A stretch of DNA of 64,000 bases, taken from Rotaria socialis. Lineage: Eukaryota. The DNA is taken from contig CAJNYD010000062.1 of assembly GCA_905331295.1 (NCBI GenBank), positions 186,001 through 250,000 on the forward strand. The letters run 5' to 3'. A model generated the notes under the pieces. That model was not told where the DNA came from. It made no database searches and saw only the letters and a program-made list of their open reading frames with translations. Positions 41,049 to 55,113 of this stretch are shown here, piece by piece. Every line of letters begins with the position of its first letter. Positions within the stretch are counted from its first letter, which is position 1. Made by a program: the position numbers and the translations under genes.

Positions 41049-44000
41049 TGATGAAATTGAATATTTTGAAATATTCGCTATTACCACAGCTCTTACTTCC
41101 TTTTTTTTCATTCTAATAAATATCCTGTTTTATATATTCATAAACAACTGCATCAAATACAAACATAATTATTTTTTAATCAGATGTATAAGTTGAGTAT
41201 TTAATGTAAGCCAACTTTCGAAGATATTAGCTATTTATCCACAGACCATGACAGAAGTTATTGACACACGATCAACTTTCGTACATCAACAATATTTTCT
41301 CAGCGAAACATGAGTTTTTCCTTGACGACACTGATCTAGACATTAAATATAGCGATAAGTGTGATGTTCAAGATACGACCGTGCCATTATTTTGAAGCAC
41401 TACCCAAAAATATATACTAGAATAAATTCATCGCTCTATTACTACAGACAACAACTATTAAGTCGTATTTAAAATTTGGCTTCCAACGGAATGATACTAA
41501 ATTCATTTTAAACAATTAGAAGAAAATAATCGATATTTGTCATATTTTCTCCGTTGAAATTTTTTAAAATTTCAGTTTATAAAAATCCAGAGGAAAAACA
41601 AACCATGTTGCTATAGGTATTCTAATTGTTATCTTTGATTTTTCTCAAAGTTTCAAAACTCTTTGAAATGAACTTCCAAAACTATACTCTAATGCCATCT
41701 ATAATATGAAGTCTTTATCAATAAGAAATTTAAATAAAAGAATTCATTCAAATTCTTGCAAAATTTCATCAATATAGGTTAATAAAAAAATTTAGTGGAA
41801 TGAGCATAGGTCTTGCTGACAATTTACAAATCACAACTAAAATGTTTTAGCTATCATTTTTCGTTCGTCGTCATCTCTGTTTAATAGATATGATCGTGAT
41901 AAAGCAAGAATTTGACAATGAATGAAAAAACGAGCGACGAAAACAAATAATGAAGATTACATGCATGATATTAAAATAATTAATGTTTCATGTCTTTTTT
42001 TCCCATTCTGTCAGTATGTTCTAATCCTGGTGATTGCATAATTCTTCCTTAGCTACTTAGTAAATTTTTTTTGTTTCTCTTCTTTTTCTGTCTGCTTTAC
42101 AGTCATGCCTTTTACTGTGGTTCGCTTTGTAAAACGATTGCTTCATATTGTCTTTCACCTTTCGAAAGAGTTGATTTTTGAAACGTTTACTAATGAAAAT
42201 TGTTTGTCTTCAGTGTTAGAATCGAAATTGACCATTAACCTTTTAAATGAGGTAAGCACAATAGACTAAGTGATATTTTAATTGAAATTCATTTTTGATA
42301 GATACTCTGAATAAATACATGTGTCATTTGATGGCTACGAAAAGTGATATTGATAGGGTAGTTTTGTTTTGCCTGAGATGAGAAAAGAATTAGAAAAGAA
42401 TTGTCTATACATATATTTATTTCCTGGATATCTATGTATACAGTTGATGATGCTACTATGTTGTAGATAATCGTGGTAATGATTTCTATCGATGAAAAGT
42501 ATACAAGTATAAGCTAAAGAGAAGGAGATATTGTTTACATTGTTGTCTGACTGTAATAACAAGAGAGACAACAGAAAAAGAATAAATAGACAATGACAAC
42601 ATGATTGAACTACCCGTGCCACTTAGGTACATTTTTTTCTAATCAGGGTGTACGCATATGTTGTGTTAATTTTAAGCTAAATCCGGCTGTCGCCTTTTTC
42701 TTTTGTCACACGTTATAGACGATTGTTGATTCAAATTTTTTTCATTTTTGAATGTAAATTTCATTATAATATTTAAAATAATAGCATTTTATCTTCTTGT
42801 TATAAAAGAAATAATGGAATCTTAATGAACTATTCGAATGACACAGATGGAATATTTTTTTCTTTTCAAAACAAACTATTTATGAGTGGTGTCGCATCTT
42901 GTGTTGTTGTTTTACAACGGTCGTAGAATCGAATACATATATATATATATATATATACATCCGTATGTGTAGTATGAAGTTTTTCATAAAATATAATTAT
43001 ATACTCTAGCACATACAAGGTTTCGATCGGAATATTTTTTTACAGTTAAAGTTCATATTCTTTATATTTTAATACATATTTAGGGTTTCATTCGTTGACT
43101 CTAATTGAAAAATACCTAGATGCTGCGTCTTCAAAAAGTTCTCAAAGAATACTTTATAATAACGAACGACCTCTGAAATAACTAGTTACTTATTTTTCGA
43201 CTATATAACTATCAAAAATCAATGTTTATTAACATAGTCTTAGTTAGAATACACTAATATTATGTATCTATCTCATTAGACCTTCTATTGCTAATGATGA
43301 TGGAATTGATTCTATCACGAGGCTAGATTTTTAACAAACCAATCGACAAATCATTTCAAAATCGTCACTCGCATCAATTCTATCTTTCGATGTTTTTATC
43401 TATCAAGTTCATATGATAGATTCAAATGAAGGCTTACCATTTTAGTAGAAGTAGAGAATGAATCGTTAATTTATAAAATTGAAAGAACGACACTAGTTAG
43501 CTACAAGTAAGATTAGATTTTTAGTGAAAATTAGAAATAAATTTGCGTTGAGCTATAGACGCACAGAGTATATTTTCTATTAGACATATATTTTATCATT
43601 GATATGAAATAGATCGAGATTGTCATCTTTATTAAATAATTTTCATGGAATAAAAATAAGTTTTGTATTTCTTTTCTTTTTTTTTTTCTATCATATTTTT
43701 GAGTACTAGTGTCAGTATTACATTTTCATAGAGCTGCCTACGCTTAGTAACACATGTGCCCAACATCATTCTACTCAACATTCCATATATGCTTTCTTTT
43801 GTATTTCATTTCCACTCTTACATACAAAATAAAGTGCATCATATTTAATTCATAGAAAAAAAAGTAGGTACTCTTCTTCATCCCAATATATTTTGAGTCA
43901 GAATTCAATCGAAATAAGCAGAATGTTTAAAGGTTGTTTTTCTTCTACACCTTCTCCTCTTTTATTGACACAACATTCTTCGTAAAATATTGATGTTTCG

Positions 44001-44256
44001 TTTTGAATAATAACTTCCAATTAATGAAAACAAACAATATAAAAATAGGTTTTTAGCACAAACTTTTGCTTGAGTACTAACACTTTTTATCTTAAGGTCA
44101 CAATATCTCTATATATAATAGTTATTGTTGTTTCTCTATTTAAAGTATTACTTCAATTCTTATTTGATGACAAAATTTATTTTGCTGCTATATATATATT
44201 TCGTTCTCAATCTTTCTATTAGATATTTATAAAGAAAAACAGAACTCAGAAGCATA

Positions 44257-46382
44257 ATGCCACGAAAAAGTACTATGCGTGATAATGTGAACGTTGTTCG
44301 ATCTCGATTACCACATTTGTCTGATCTTCCGCGTGAGAAAATTGAATTAGTTTTACTTTACTATGAATCAAGTATCGACGACACCGTTGAAGCATTTAAA
44401 AGAGGTATGTTTAAATGGTTTTGTTATTTTACTTTGGAAAATTTTATTATTTATTTTCAGATTGTGCTATTGAAGCTCTCAATGGTTGGACTGAAACGAG
44501 TAATGGTCGAGGAACTGTAAGTTTTTTGGTTTATTTGAAAATAAAATATAATAATTGAAATTTACTTTCGAAGACTTCATCGAAACGGACAAATAATAAA
44601 GGTGACAATAGAAATAGCAAACCTTCGACATTACCTACGAATTCATCAGTGAAAAAACCACCGTTCAATGGAATTTTACGACCATCACAACGTGTTTCAA
44701 ATATTTTTCAAACATTTGCAGAAGGTGGTACACCGACTATTGTAACTACTAATGGTAGATAAATTTCGATAATTAGAAAAGTCATTTCTTATTGAAACTT
44801 TTTTATCTAAGGCAGTATCACTACGTCTAATACAGCTGCTTGTTCACCACCATCAACATCTTTTAGTGAACAAAGTGATAACAATCATGGTTAAAAAAAA
44901 CAATCTTTTTTTCGCGTATAAATATAAAAGTTTGTCTTGTTCTAGATTTAACAGCCAATCATGTTGCCATACATGATGAAGTGATTGAGCAACAAAACTC
45001 ATCTCAATTACAAACTCGAAAACATATTCAAGATCGCCATGATTCAACTTCATCAATAAAACATCATCATGAACCATCAACAAATAGCAATAATCAGCAA
45101 ACAACAACAACAATACAATTTTCTAATAATAAAAAAAGTAAAATCAAAAGAAATATTTTCAAAAACGGTCACTTTCCATATTTTGAGTTTAGAGTAAAAA
45201 ATAATTTAAGACAAGATTGAAATTAAGAGAATGATATTCGCATTAATAGAGATATGAGACTATATAGAGTATTATCTGACTATTAGTTTATAGTCATATG
45301 CTTTCATAACAAGATTTTATTGTAAATTAATATTTCAATAAAGAATTTGACTTCGCTGAATACTTCTATACGTTAATATATGAGTTTTCTTTATATTTTA
45401 GTGCTTACAAAATCAGTTAAAGATCTTCAACGACAAACATCAACATTAACAAACGTTGAAATACTATTTGACAATGAAATAAAATCATCAATAAAACATA
45501 TTGATGATGTCTTTAAACAGATTACTGAAATCATCAAACAACGTGAAATTGAACTTTACTTAGAGATGGATAAAGTTAAAGAACAAGGCTTAAATATTAT
45601 ACATAATCGACAAAAACATGCTATTGAATTACGCCAATCAATTGATCGTTGTGATCGTCTTGAACCAGTTGAAATAGATAATCTTCGTCATGATATTAAA
45701 CAGTTTGTTACTGATCGTCGATATGAACTTGGCGAACAATTAACAACATCTCATCGTTTTGGGTACGATCAAAAATTAATTGAGCTATTAAAAAATTTTG
45801 GTCACATTTTACCAATTGGTCGAACACGTTCAACATCATCTGCATTGGTTGAAACACATCCAACTACAATATCAGATGGAACTTCAGAAAAATTACAGAT
45901 ATCAATGATAAGTCATCCAATATCATCAGTGTCATCTTCATTAAACGAAGTTGGTGTTATAGTTAAGCAAGAACAACCAAAACCACAACGAATTAACAAT
46001 AATCAACAATTGAATGATTATAATACCGGTAATAATTATCGATATTGTGATTCTTCACAACAAAATAATGGTTCTTTTCAATATTATGATGAAACAAATA
46101 ATTATCAAAGTAAATATTTTTGAAAGAGAATCTATTTTTGAGAATTTTAATTTTTTTGCTCTATTATGTGGTTACCGTCGTCGAACACAACAGTATTCTC
46201 AAGGTAATTTTCAACATCCGCGTCCAATACTTAATTATCACAATGATAACAATCGTCGTACTGAACCAAAGCCAATCAATAATTGTGTAGATTTATCAAA
46301 TAAGAGTAAAACAACAAATACATATCGTCGTCCAAGACTATCACCGCATCCTTCTCAACCAGTTGTTCCAGTACAAACTTAG
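44257..46382 (+). CDS. SPATS2 / SPATS2L family protein (DUF1387)
   Basis: N-terminal CUE-like segment (IELVLLYYESSIDDTVEAFKR..ALNGW). DUF1387 core KSVKDLQRQT...REIELYLEMDKVK...LRHDIKQFVTDRRY. The last exon (46168-46382) lacks a canonical AG acceptor, so the protein may instead end at 46123. Confidence 0.82.
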
Positions 46383-48192
46383 AATTTGCTCATAAAATTG
46401 TTAGATTCAAGGTAAAAAAACAAACAAAAGATCCATATGGATGAGCAATTTAATTCTTGGCTGATATGAACTTTTTTTTTCGTTCCTTTTCGACATATTT
46501 TATTCTTCTTATTACTATGTTGATTACAACAAAAAAGATTAGGAAAAAAATTATTTATTTATTTATAAACTTCGCAGATAGTTATCCTACTACGGAAGAA
46601 TGATGATTTCATTTTTATTTATTAATTTTGGTGCTTCTGTTTTTTTCTTGATGTGAAAAAACGTTTATAAAGTTAATTGTTTTTATTTAAGTGGGATTTT
46701 CGTTTACTTTCTTTTCTATTTACTAATTTTGATTCTTTTCTTTTTCTCTACTGTTACTTTGAACAGCAAAATCATTTTTATCATGTATCCTATCATATAA
46801 TGTTCGATGTTATTCTGTTTGTAAAATTTGTGAACGAGTTCGGCATTGATACAGAAAGAAAAAGGAAGATTGCATTGAAAAATCATGTCTTTTTGAATCG
46901 ATGATGCTCCTCTCAAAGAATTTAGCTTTGATTATGATGAAATTGATAAATAGATCATTGATCTATTTCTATAACAATATTTTTAAGAAAATCATGCTAC
47001 AGTATGAATCTTATAATGGCTTGTTGATTTATTATCATTGGCATTTACTCACACACCCAAATCTATGCACCATAATCTATTCAATTATGTAAAAAAAGGA
47101 AATCCAGTTTGTTCATAACTATTTATCCTTCAGATTGCAGTATTCTTTATGTGGAGCAATATTACAGTGACTATCAATGGATATTCATGCTGTTTTATCT
47201 TTGCTTTTCACTGTGAACTTCTTCGTAACGAAGCATAGTAGAAATCTTTGCTTTTTACTTCAAATTTACACCCACCCACCCGAAAAAGCACAGTGCACTG
47301 TCGCAGCCAGAAAAATCAAGTCTATTTCAACATGAGTAAAACATCAGATATGCAAAGACCCTCCGTTAGAGATCCAACACAAATTTAGTTAAACCATCTT
47401 TTTTTGGGAAAACTTTTGTTTCTCTATCTCCGCAACTCTTTTGTCAACTGCAACACGATCTACTACTCATACTAAATCATTTTGACTAATTTAAACGTCA
47501 TTAACGTCGAACAGTCACTCAATAAAGAAGAGAATTTTCAGCGTCTTTTTCTTTCACAAATATGTTTGGCTGTATACGTTTTGTATGAGCAGTGATTGAA
47601 ATGTTCTTTTGGTAAGTTCGAATACTTAGATTGTTTTTAAGTATAAGCTGCATACTTGCTCTCAAAATACTGAACTTACTCTTCGAATAATCTGTGTACA
47701 GGCTGAAGGCTGCTCAGATCAAGAAGCACGTTTGTTGGATCTTTCTGTTTTTATATTTTGATGAAATAATTTTTCTGACAGCTTTAATTTTCACTTTTAA
47801 TAAAATGAAAATAGGAAGTAATAATAAAACCAAATATTGGCTCTCGTAGACATTCGAACAAGAAGTCTTTCAAAAAGTGAATTTGGTTTCGCACGATGAA
47901 TTTTTAAAGTGTCACAAAAATATTGAAGGTTAAATTTATTCTGGGTCATCCGATCGATTTTAAGCTAGTTGATATTGCAGTCCAACAAATTCAAATTGAT
48001 ACCGATTGTTAAAAGGCTCCAAAAAATATTAGCTAGCGTACCGAGCTCTCATTGCAATTTGCAATGACATAAACTATTCTTGATTGGAAAATATATGTTC
48101 GTCTATAATTCTATATCGTTACTTCACATCTCATGAAAAAAGATAAGACAACATAAGAACATGATTACAATTTTTTTCAATATTCCATCTAA

Positions 48193-48318
48193 GACTCCAA
48201 GCAGACCAAAAAAATAAAACAGAATTAAGCAACGTGATTGGTTAATTCACACTTACGTCATCTTTTAGAGACGGTTTAGTGGTTAATTCTGTTTTATCTT
48301 TTTGGTCTGTTTGGGGCC
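48193..48318. mobile_element. Tourist/PIF-Harbinger-like MITE (126 bp) upstream of HDAC11
   Basis: About 40-bp TIRs gactccaagcagaccaaaaaaataaaacagaattaagca / tggttaattctgttttatctttttggtctgtttggggcc. TAA TSDs at 48190-48192 and 48319-48321. Confidence 0.75.
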
Positions 48319-48638
48319 TAAAAGTTATCTATCTGCTACGTTTCTTAGATTGAAAAAAATCCACCAATCACATGTAATGTATGATGACTCATAAGCTTGT
48401 GCGCGATGTCATCGTGAAAAAGAAGAATCTATACCATACATCGAAATGAGATACAAGTAAATTATAAAGCAAGAATGACATTCTGCTTACTTTGAAACAT
48501 AGGCCAAAAAGATCTTTGAATTCATTTCAATGGAAAAAGCTTAAGCTTAAAATATTGTTTGTACTTTTAGATCAATAGTTGAAAACGAACTGAAATTATA
48601 TTATGTAAATAGAAAAACGATCCCATTTATTCTGTATC

Positions 48639-49943
48639 ATGGCTTCTTATTCCAATGATGACTTATCAAAGCTTCCAAAGTAGATATTGTTAGTATGAAA
48701 ATTTATAATTTTTCTCGTATGATAGAAATCTATTGTACAAAAATATTGATCGTAATCAATGGCCAATAGTTTATTCGTCGAATTACAACATTGGTTTTCT
48801 CTATTTGGAAAAACTTCATCCATTTGATTCCTCAAAATGGGGATCAATCATCAATTTTCTTCGACGTATTTACTCACATTTAATATAATTTATCACGTAT
48901 TTCTTTCGTATATTTAGAAGCAAAAATGATTATAGATGAAACAATAGTAGATCCAAACGAAGCAACGATAGAAGACCTTCTTAAAGTACATACAAAACGT
49001 TATTTATCAAGCCTTAAATGGAGTATAGCAGTCGCACGTGTTCTTGAAATACCGCCAGTAGCTCTCTTACCTAACTTTATTATTCAATGGAGTGTTCTGA
49101 AACCGTTACGATACCAAACTGGTGGAACTATTCTTGTAAATAATTGTTCTTTTCTTTGTTTTGAAAATTCATGTGTATCTCATTTGCTATTATTTAAGGC
49201 AGGAAAATTAGCATTAGAAAGAGGTTGGGCAATCAATGTTGGTGGTGGTTTTCATCATTGTTCATCGGACAGTGGTGGTGGTTTTTGTGCTTATGCTGAT
49301 TTAACGTTACTTATTATCAATCTTTTTACTTATTTTTCTGATCGAATCAAGAAAGTTCTCATCGTTGACTTGGATGCACATCAAGTACGAGGAGTTTTTC
49401 TTAAGTAAAACTTGAACTTGAAGATAAATTTGCTTTATTTAGGGTAATGGACATGAACGTGATTTTATGCACGATGACAGAGTATTCATTATGGACATGT
49501 ACAATCGTCATATCTACCCTCGTGATCATCATGCTAAAAATGCTATTCAATGTAAAATTGAATTAGACAATCAAACAGACGATAAAACATATCTTCGTTT
49601 ATTACATAACAATCTTAAAAATTCTTTAAATGAATTTCAACCTGATTTTGTTGTTTATAATGCTGGAACAGATATACTTCAAGGAGATCCACTTGGAAAT
49701 CTTGATATTACACCACAAGTATATTTTATGTTCTATATCAATCGAAATGAAAAAGAAATTGTTGAATTTATTTAGGGTTTAATCATTCGTGACGAAATTG
49801 TTTTTTCAAAATGCATTCGAGAAAAACATATTCCAATTGTCATGTGTACTTCCGGTGGTTATCAAAGAACAAATGCTCGAGTTGTAGCAGATTCTATTTT
49901 AAATTTGTATACTAAAAAGTTAATCTCGTGTGAATCAATCTAA
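48639..49943 (+). CDS. HDAC11: Histone deacetylase 11 (class IV)
   Basis: WPIVYSSNYNIGFLYLEKLHPFDSSKWG, PLRYQTGGTILAGKLA, WAINVGGGFHHC, GGGFCAYAD, IVDLDAHQGNGHE, YNAGTDILQGDPLG and TSGGYQ, all across GT-AG introns. Stop at 49941-49943. Confidence 0.95.
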
Positions 49944-50008
49944 ATTTTCATATTAATTTTCGTTTTTCATTATTTTGACAATAAAATAATCTCGGGATTG
50001 TTTTTTAG

Positions 50009-50639
50009 ATGACATCCTCATTGTCTGTGACAGGATATGAAGAATTTAAAAATATACTAAATAATTATGGAAAAGATAAGCGGATTTTTCTGTTATTTTC
50101 TGGTTCAAAAGATGATCAAGGAAACAGTTGGTAAATAAATTCAATCAAATTTTTGAAATCCATATTATTTTCGTTTATCTAGGTGTCCAGATTGTGTTGT
50201 AGCAGAAAAGCCAGTACACGAAACGGTCAAATCATCATTACCATCGAATGGAATATTTATTGAATGCTCAGTCGGCGATCGAGCAAGGTATACTAGTGCA
50301 AAAAAAGCGTTTTCATGAAAAATTTAGAAAAAAAGACTTTTGAGATCGTTTTGTAAATCTTTTCATTGAGTTTGCCATAATACTGAGTTTTTACAATGGG
50401 AGAAACTCTAAATAATGGCTAATTTATGTTTATCTGTAGCTGGAAGAGTCCGAAAAGTCCATTTCGAACAGATTCACAACTTCGACTAACAAATATTCCA
50501 ACTTTACTTGAATGGGGAACGGTAAGAAACAAATAATTATATTTACATAAATTTTTTGATTTTTCTCTAGGCTAAACGACTTACTGAAAGTCAATTACTC
50601 GATATAGGAATGATCAAGATACTGTTTGAAGAAGATTGA
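50009..50639 (+). CDS. TXNDC17: Thioredoxin domain-containing protein 17 (TRP14)
   Basis: 4 exons (50009-50130, 50183-50287, 50440-50521, 50571-50639) encoding FSGSKDDQGNSWCPDCVVAE...VGDRASWK...FR...IPTLLEWGT..RL.ESQ...LFEED. WCPDC active site. Not in the ORF track because the exons are short. Confidence 0.92.
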
Positions 50640-50752
50640 ATATAATATCTTCTTTGATGTTCAATAATGACTTCTACCAATATACATTTTGACTGTCTTT
50701 TTACATTTGTGATTCTTTTCCGTAAGAAACAGTTGTAACCGTTAAAAAAATA

Positions 50753-52260
50753 TTATACGATTCTACTCGATTGATCAAACGAACTATTTTGCTCGTGTTG
50801 TTCGAGAGATACACGTTGATAGAAAGAAAAAGCTTCAAGACTATAAAAATTTGAATTTGAATGTGAATTAGAAGTAGACTTCTGAAAATAATTTGTTCCA
50901 TTATCTTTGGTTTCTTTCAACTTCGCAAACTGATAGAGTGACTTTTCTTGAAAGCATGTCGATCTACTCGTTATTATATATGGATTCGAATTAATCGATG
51001 CATCGATTAATACCAATTCTCTGATGGATTATCACATTTTTTGACAGAGCTTTTACTACTGATGAAATCCAGTTATTTTTCATCTTTCGGTATAGATGCA
51101 TTCGTTGTGGCCTGTTAAGTAGAATAACGCCTTCTGATATTTCAATACGAATTGTGATTATAGCTCAAAAAATATAAAATATATGAAAAACGAAATTTAA
51201 ACACGGATAATTTGATTTTTACCATCGAAATAAAAGATTGAATTGGACAATTTTCAAAACGACTCGAAGTTTGACTGACAACTATAAAATTCCATCGAAT
51301 GGTGTGTCTGGTGGTCAAGAGACGAATTTTCAAAGATTTCATACTCGAAAATTTGTAAGAAACGAAAGTCAACTAGCTAATGTGAACTAGTTCTTTTCTT
51401 AGTAATACTTTAAAAGAATTATCTTTGTCAATCTGTGAAATTCTTACGCAGTCCAGTGAACAAGACTGAACACTTGTGCAGTCCTTAAAATTCTTAGTTA
51501 ATTAGCTAAGCTTTGCTTCAAGTAGGTTTATTTTACAGCTAGGTTCATCCGAGTCTTGGTTATCTTTATTTGTCATAGAATCGATAAAAACACTATATAT
51601 TGAATAATGTTCCTAATTGTATTCATGGTGATTCTAGTAATGAAAAAAGTTCATTAATAATAATGAAGCATAGTTATATTAGAAAAGTTAAACGAGCTGT
51701 AGACACTTCGATTCCATTGGTTTTACTCTCTCTGGCTGAAAAACTGACCGAAAATGTGTTTCACAAATAACAGATATGCAATAAAATTCTTTTTACTTTG
51801 TATTCATTGATCATTAATTAGGTACGTCTGATTAACTTTTAATATGAAAAGAAGGAAAAAGATATGAGCAACCATGAGTGTTCGATATGGTTAGATATTT
51901 TTTTCAAGAAACTCATTCGTATCTGATTGACCATCGAGAACAAATAGGCAAGTTTTGCGGGTCAACTGTTGACAAGTAGACATATTCAAAGACATCCATC
52001 GATGACAGTAAAGCCTGTCACTGAAGACGAGCAATCGTTATCGCTAAAAGTACAAAGAAATATGCAAAGTCAATGCGGTTATGTGTGCATCAACTTGCTT
52101 TGTTTTAAATATCATGACATAGATTGAGACAACGGTAAAAGCCCCGGTACATTGTATACAATTGTGAATGTATCCTCACGATATATTCAATTATGAGGAT
52201 CTTTGCTGCTTATTCCGTCATGGAAAAATCCTGACAGATATGAATGCCATCGGAGAGTAA
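50753..52260 (-). pseudogene. Possible degraded multi-exon gene of unknown function
   Basis: Exon-like segments with splice signals and in-frame stops, e.g. MTNKDNQDSDEPSCKINLLEAKLS*LTKNFKDC (~51576-51447) and ITIARLQ*QALLSSMDVFEYVYLSTVDPQNLPICSRW (~52040-51930), plus ORF 50753-51016. No family recognised. Confidence 0.25.
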
Positions 52261-53484
52261 ATCATATGCGTTTTTGATGCATTACAGAAAGAACAATGTT
52301 CGTGTATGTCCTATGTGGGTAAACTTTTTCTAATACTCGATTGAAATTTCAATAGTTTGTTTTATAAGACGAACGACTTTGTCGTTTGACTTATACTCAT
52401 AGTGAAATACAAATTGGCAAATATTTGATAGTCATGAGAGATACATCACATGTGCCCAAGAATATTATAGATTATTGAAGGATTTGAAAAAAATCATAAA
52501 GACATTGTTTTTCTTATGCAATAAAGTATAACTATTGAAAAGTAAGTTTACTTTAAATGTACCATCAGTTTATTTAGGAAACTTTTTATTTTTATTCGTA
52601 TGTCATACCTATTGGGTTAGGATTCATTCGCATTACATGTAAACAATAGCAAAGAGAAGATTTCAACACTGTGCTCTTCGAAATCTAAAAATGAATCGGT
52701 TGTTCTGTCATGAGTGGATCGATGACAAGTACATTTCTTTCTCTAAAATATAAACAATTAATTATTTTGTGTACTGACTTCAACAATTAGAACAAACAAT
52801 TTAATAATAATAACATAATCTATTGCGTCATAAAAGATACTGATATTTCTATGGATAATTTAATAATATGTACACCAACACAAATATTCTATTTAGTTTC
52901 TTTTTTGGTTGATTTCAAGCTAGTAAAACTGAATAGTATACGAAATATTATCTGTGATGCATTGTTGATTGAGAACATTTTTCTTGACTTCTTCCATAGA
53001 AGATCTTTGTAACAAGAATAGAAGTTGACAGATTTTTTTCCTTCTTATCTATTGTATCGTTTTTGGATATTATGCATGATTATATTCATAGAAGTAAATG
53101 GAAACATGTACTGAAAATCTAAGAACAACCAACAATCAGTAGTATCACATAAGTAACTTTCTTGTCTTTGATATTGACTTGTTCGTTTTGTTGTTGCTTG
53201 TCTAACTTTAGACAAGTCTTACATATATATATCAAGTGTTTCATATATTTTTTCCTAGAATAACATTTTGTATATAAGATGTTGTGCTAGTACTGGTATC
53301 TTCTTTTGTATTTTAAACGTCTAGAACGACGACGTATCGTGTTGAATTTGTATGATTGTAATTATTGACTTTTGTTTTAGGTCCATTCTATAGATATTAC
53401 AGCAAGTTAAACTCATGTAAGTAGTAATTTTATTTTTGATCTTAAATTCGATAAGACAATAATCAATAGGATCATCTATTTAGA

Positions 53485-53961
53485 ATGCCGTTTGGAAATC
53501 AAGAAGTCAATCGTTGTCCACGTTGTAATCAAGCGGTTTATCATGCTGAAGCATTACCAGCTGCTGGAAAGCAATGGCATAAAACCTGTTACCGATGTGG
53601 TACGATGACTATTTTTTGTATTCTATATATCTTTATTAATTTCCTTTTCGTTAAAAACATCCGATAGGTCTCTGTAAGAAAATGTTAGAACCTATGACAG
53701 TGACTGAACATGAAGGTAATCTGTTTTGTAAGCAGTGTTATGCTCGTAAATTTGGTATTCGTGGTGTTGGATTTGGTATCGGAGCTGGAGCTCTGGCTAT
53801 GGACACTGGTGATCGATTCGGAAATACTGAATCACTTTCGTATGCTCAGTTTTATTTGTATCATTTTTATTATTTAAAGTTTGTTGTAATTAAGAAATAA
53901 ACCCAATTATGCTACTCCACCTGGTACTGCAGCTAATAAAGATACCAATGCCGACGAATAA
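53485..53961 (+). CDS. Single-LIM cysteine/glycine-rich protein (CRP / muscle LIM protein family)
   Basis: Exons 53485-53599, 53668-53839 and 53895-53961. LIM domain CPRC...WHKTCYRCGLCKK...FCKQCY, followed by the Gly-rich GVGFGIGAGAL motif typical of CRP/MLP. Confidence 0.92.
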
Positions 53962-55113
53962 ACTATTGGACATTTTTAACAATTCAAGAAACAAAATAGA
54001 GAGTGCTTCGAACATCTTTTGCTTTTTTTATTCACTTTCTTAGTTAGATTCTCATCCTTTTATTTCATTCTATAACTTTCTATTCTCTGTAAGTCATACA
54101 ATTAATTTAAAGTATATCAGTGTGAAATATCTTGAGTTTTGATAATAAAGATTATTTAAACTAATTACACAATAATTAACATCAAACATTGGTGTATAGA
54201 TAAAAAATTGTTTTTCACTAAGTTGTCACATTTTGATATGATTTATTAGTGGTATTATCACAAATTATTGTAATTATCATGATTCAATACGTGTTTTATT
54301 GTTAATTTTTACAGTAGATTTACTGATTAATTGTATGATGGCTTTGATGCATGGTCTAATCTTGAGATTTCTGTTCGTATAAGATTTATGTTGATAGTTC
54401 CATTGATGATACTAGTTTTTCGTTTGAGCCAAAATTGATTATCTATTTGATTTTGTTTTGAATTTACGCAACATCATCGATAATATCATGAATTTGAAAA
54501 TATCACCTAAGCGTCGAAAATATCTGGTTTTGTCAGTATAAAAGATTTAGAAGTTTCATCAAAAAAAAATAAATCTTCAGAGCCATTGCTTTTGAATTTT
54601 TTAGTGAAAGTAAAAAATAATGCTAAACATTTATAAATCACTTTTTCCATGAATCACATATGAATCGAAAACATTTTTCTTATTTACTTTACGATACATA
54701 AAGCGTACCAATCAGTTATCTTCCATCAACACTTGTACGTTTTCTTCAATTCTATATTTTTTATTTGAACTTGTCATTAAAAATATATGTTCTTCAACAA
54801 CGTTTAGTTAGATTTTGACAACTTTCTTCATCGTAAATCGATCCAAGACCTCAAATACTATCGAATATTGTTGGCGCCTTTTTTTTTTATAGATTCTCCA
54901 TATAAATATTGCAAGGTCTACAATGAAATGCATACCAATCAAGTTGTTGATATTCAGGAAGCTCAGATTATTTTTTAATATAAATAAAAATGTTCTTTTC
55001 TTTGAAAACCAAACGGTAGTATAGGATGATAATTTATTTACTGAGTAATAAAAGCAGCGAAAAATGAATCTGGATTTCAAAAAAATAAAACAATGTCTCC
55101 TAGAACAATGAAT

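Noticed and set aside
47270..48100. Possible transposon relic starting near CACAGTGCACTG
   Set aside because: No matching second terminus or TSD could be identified.
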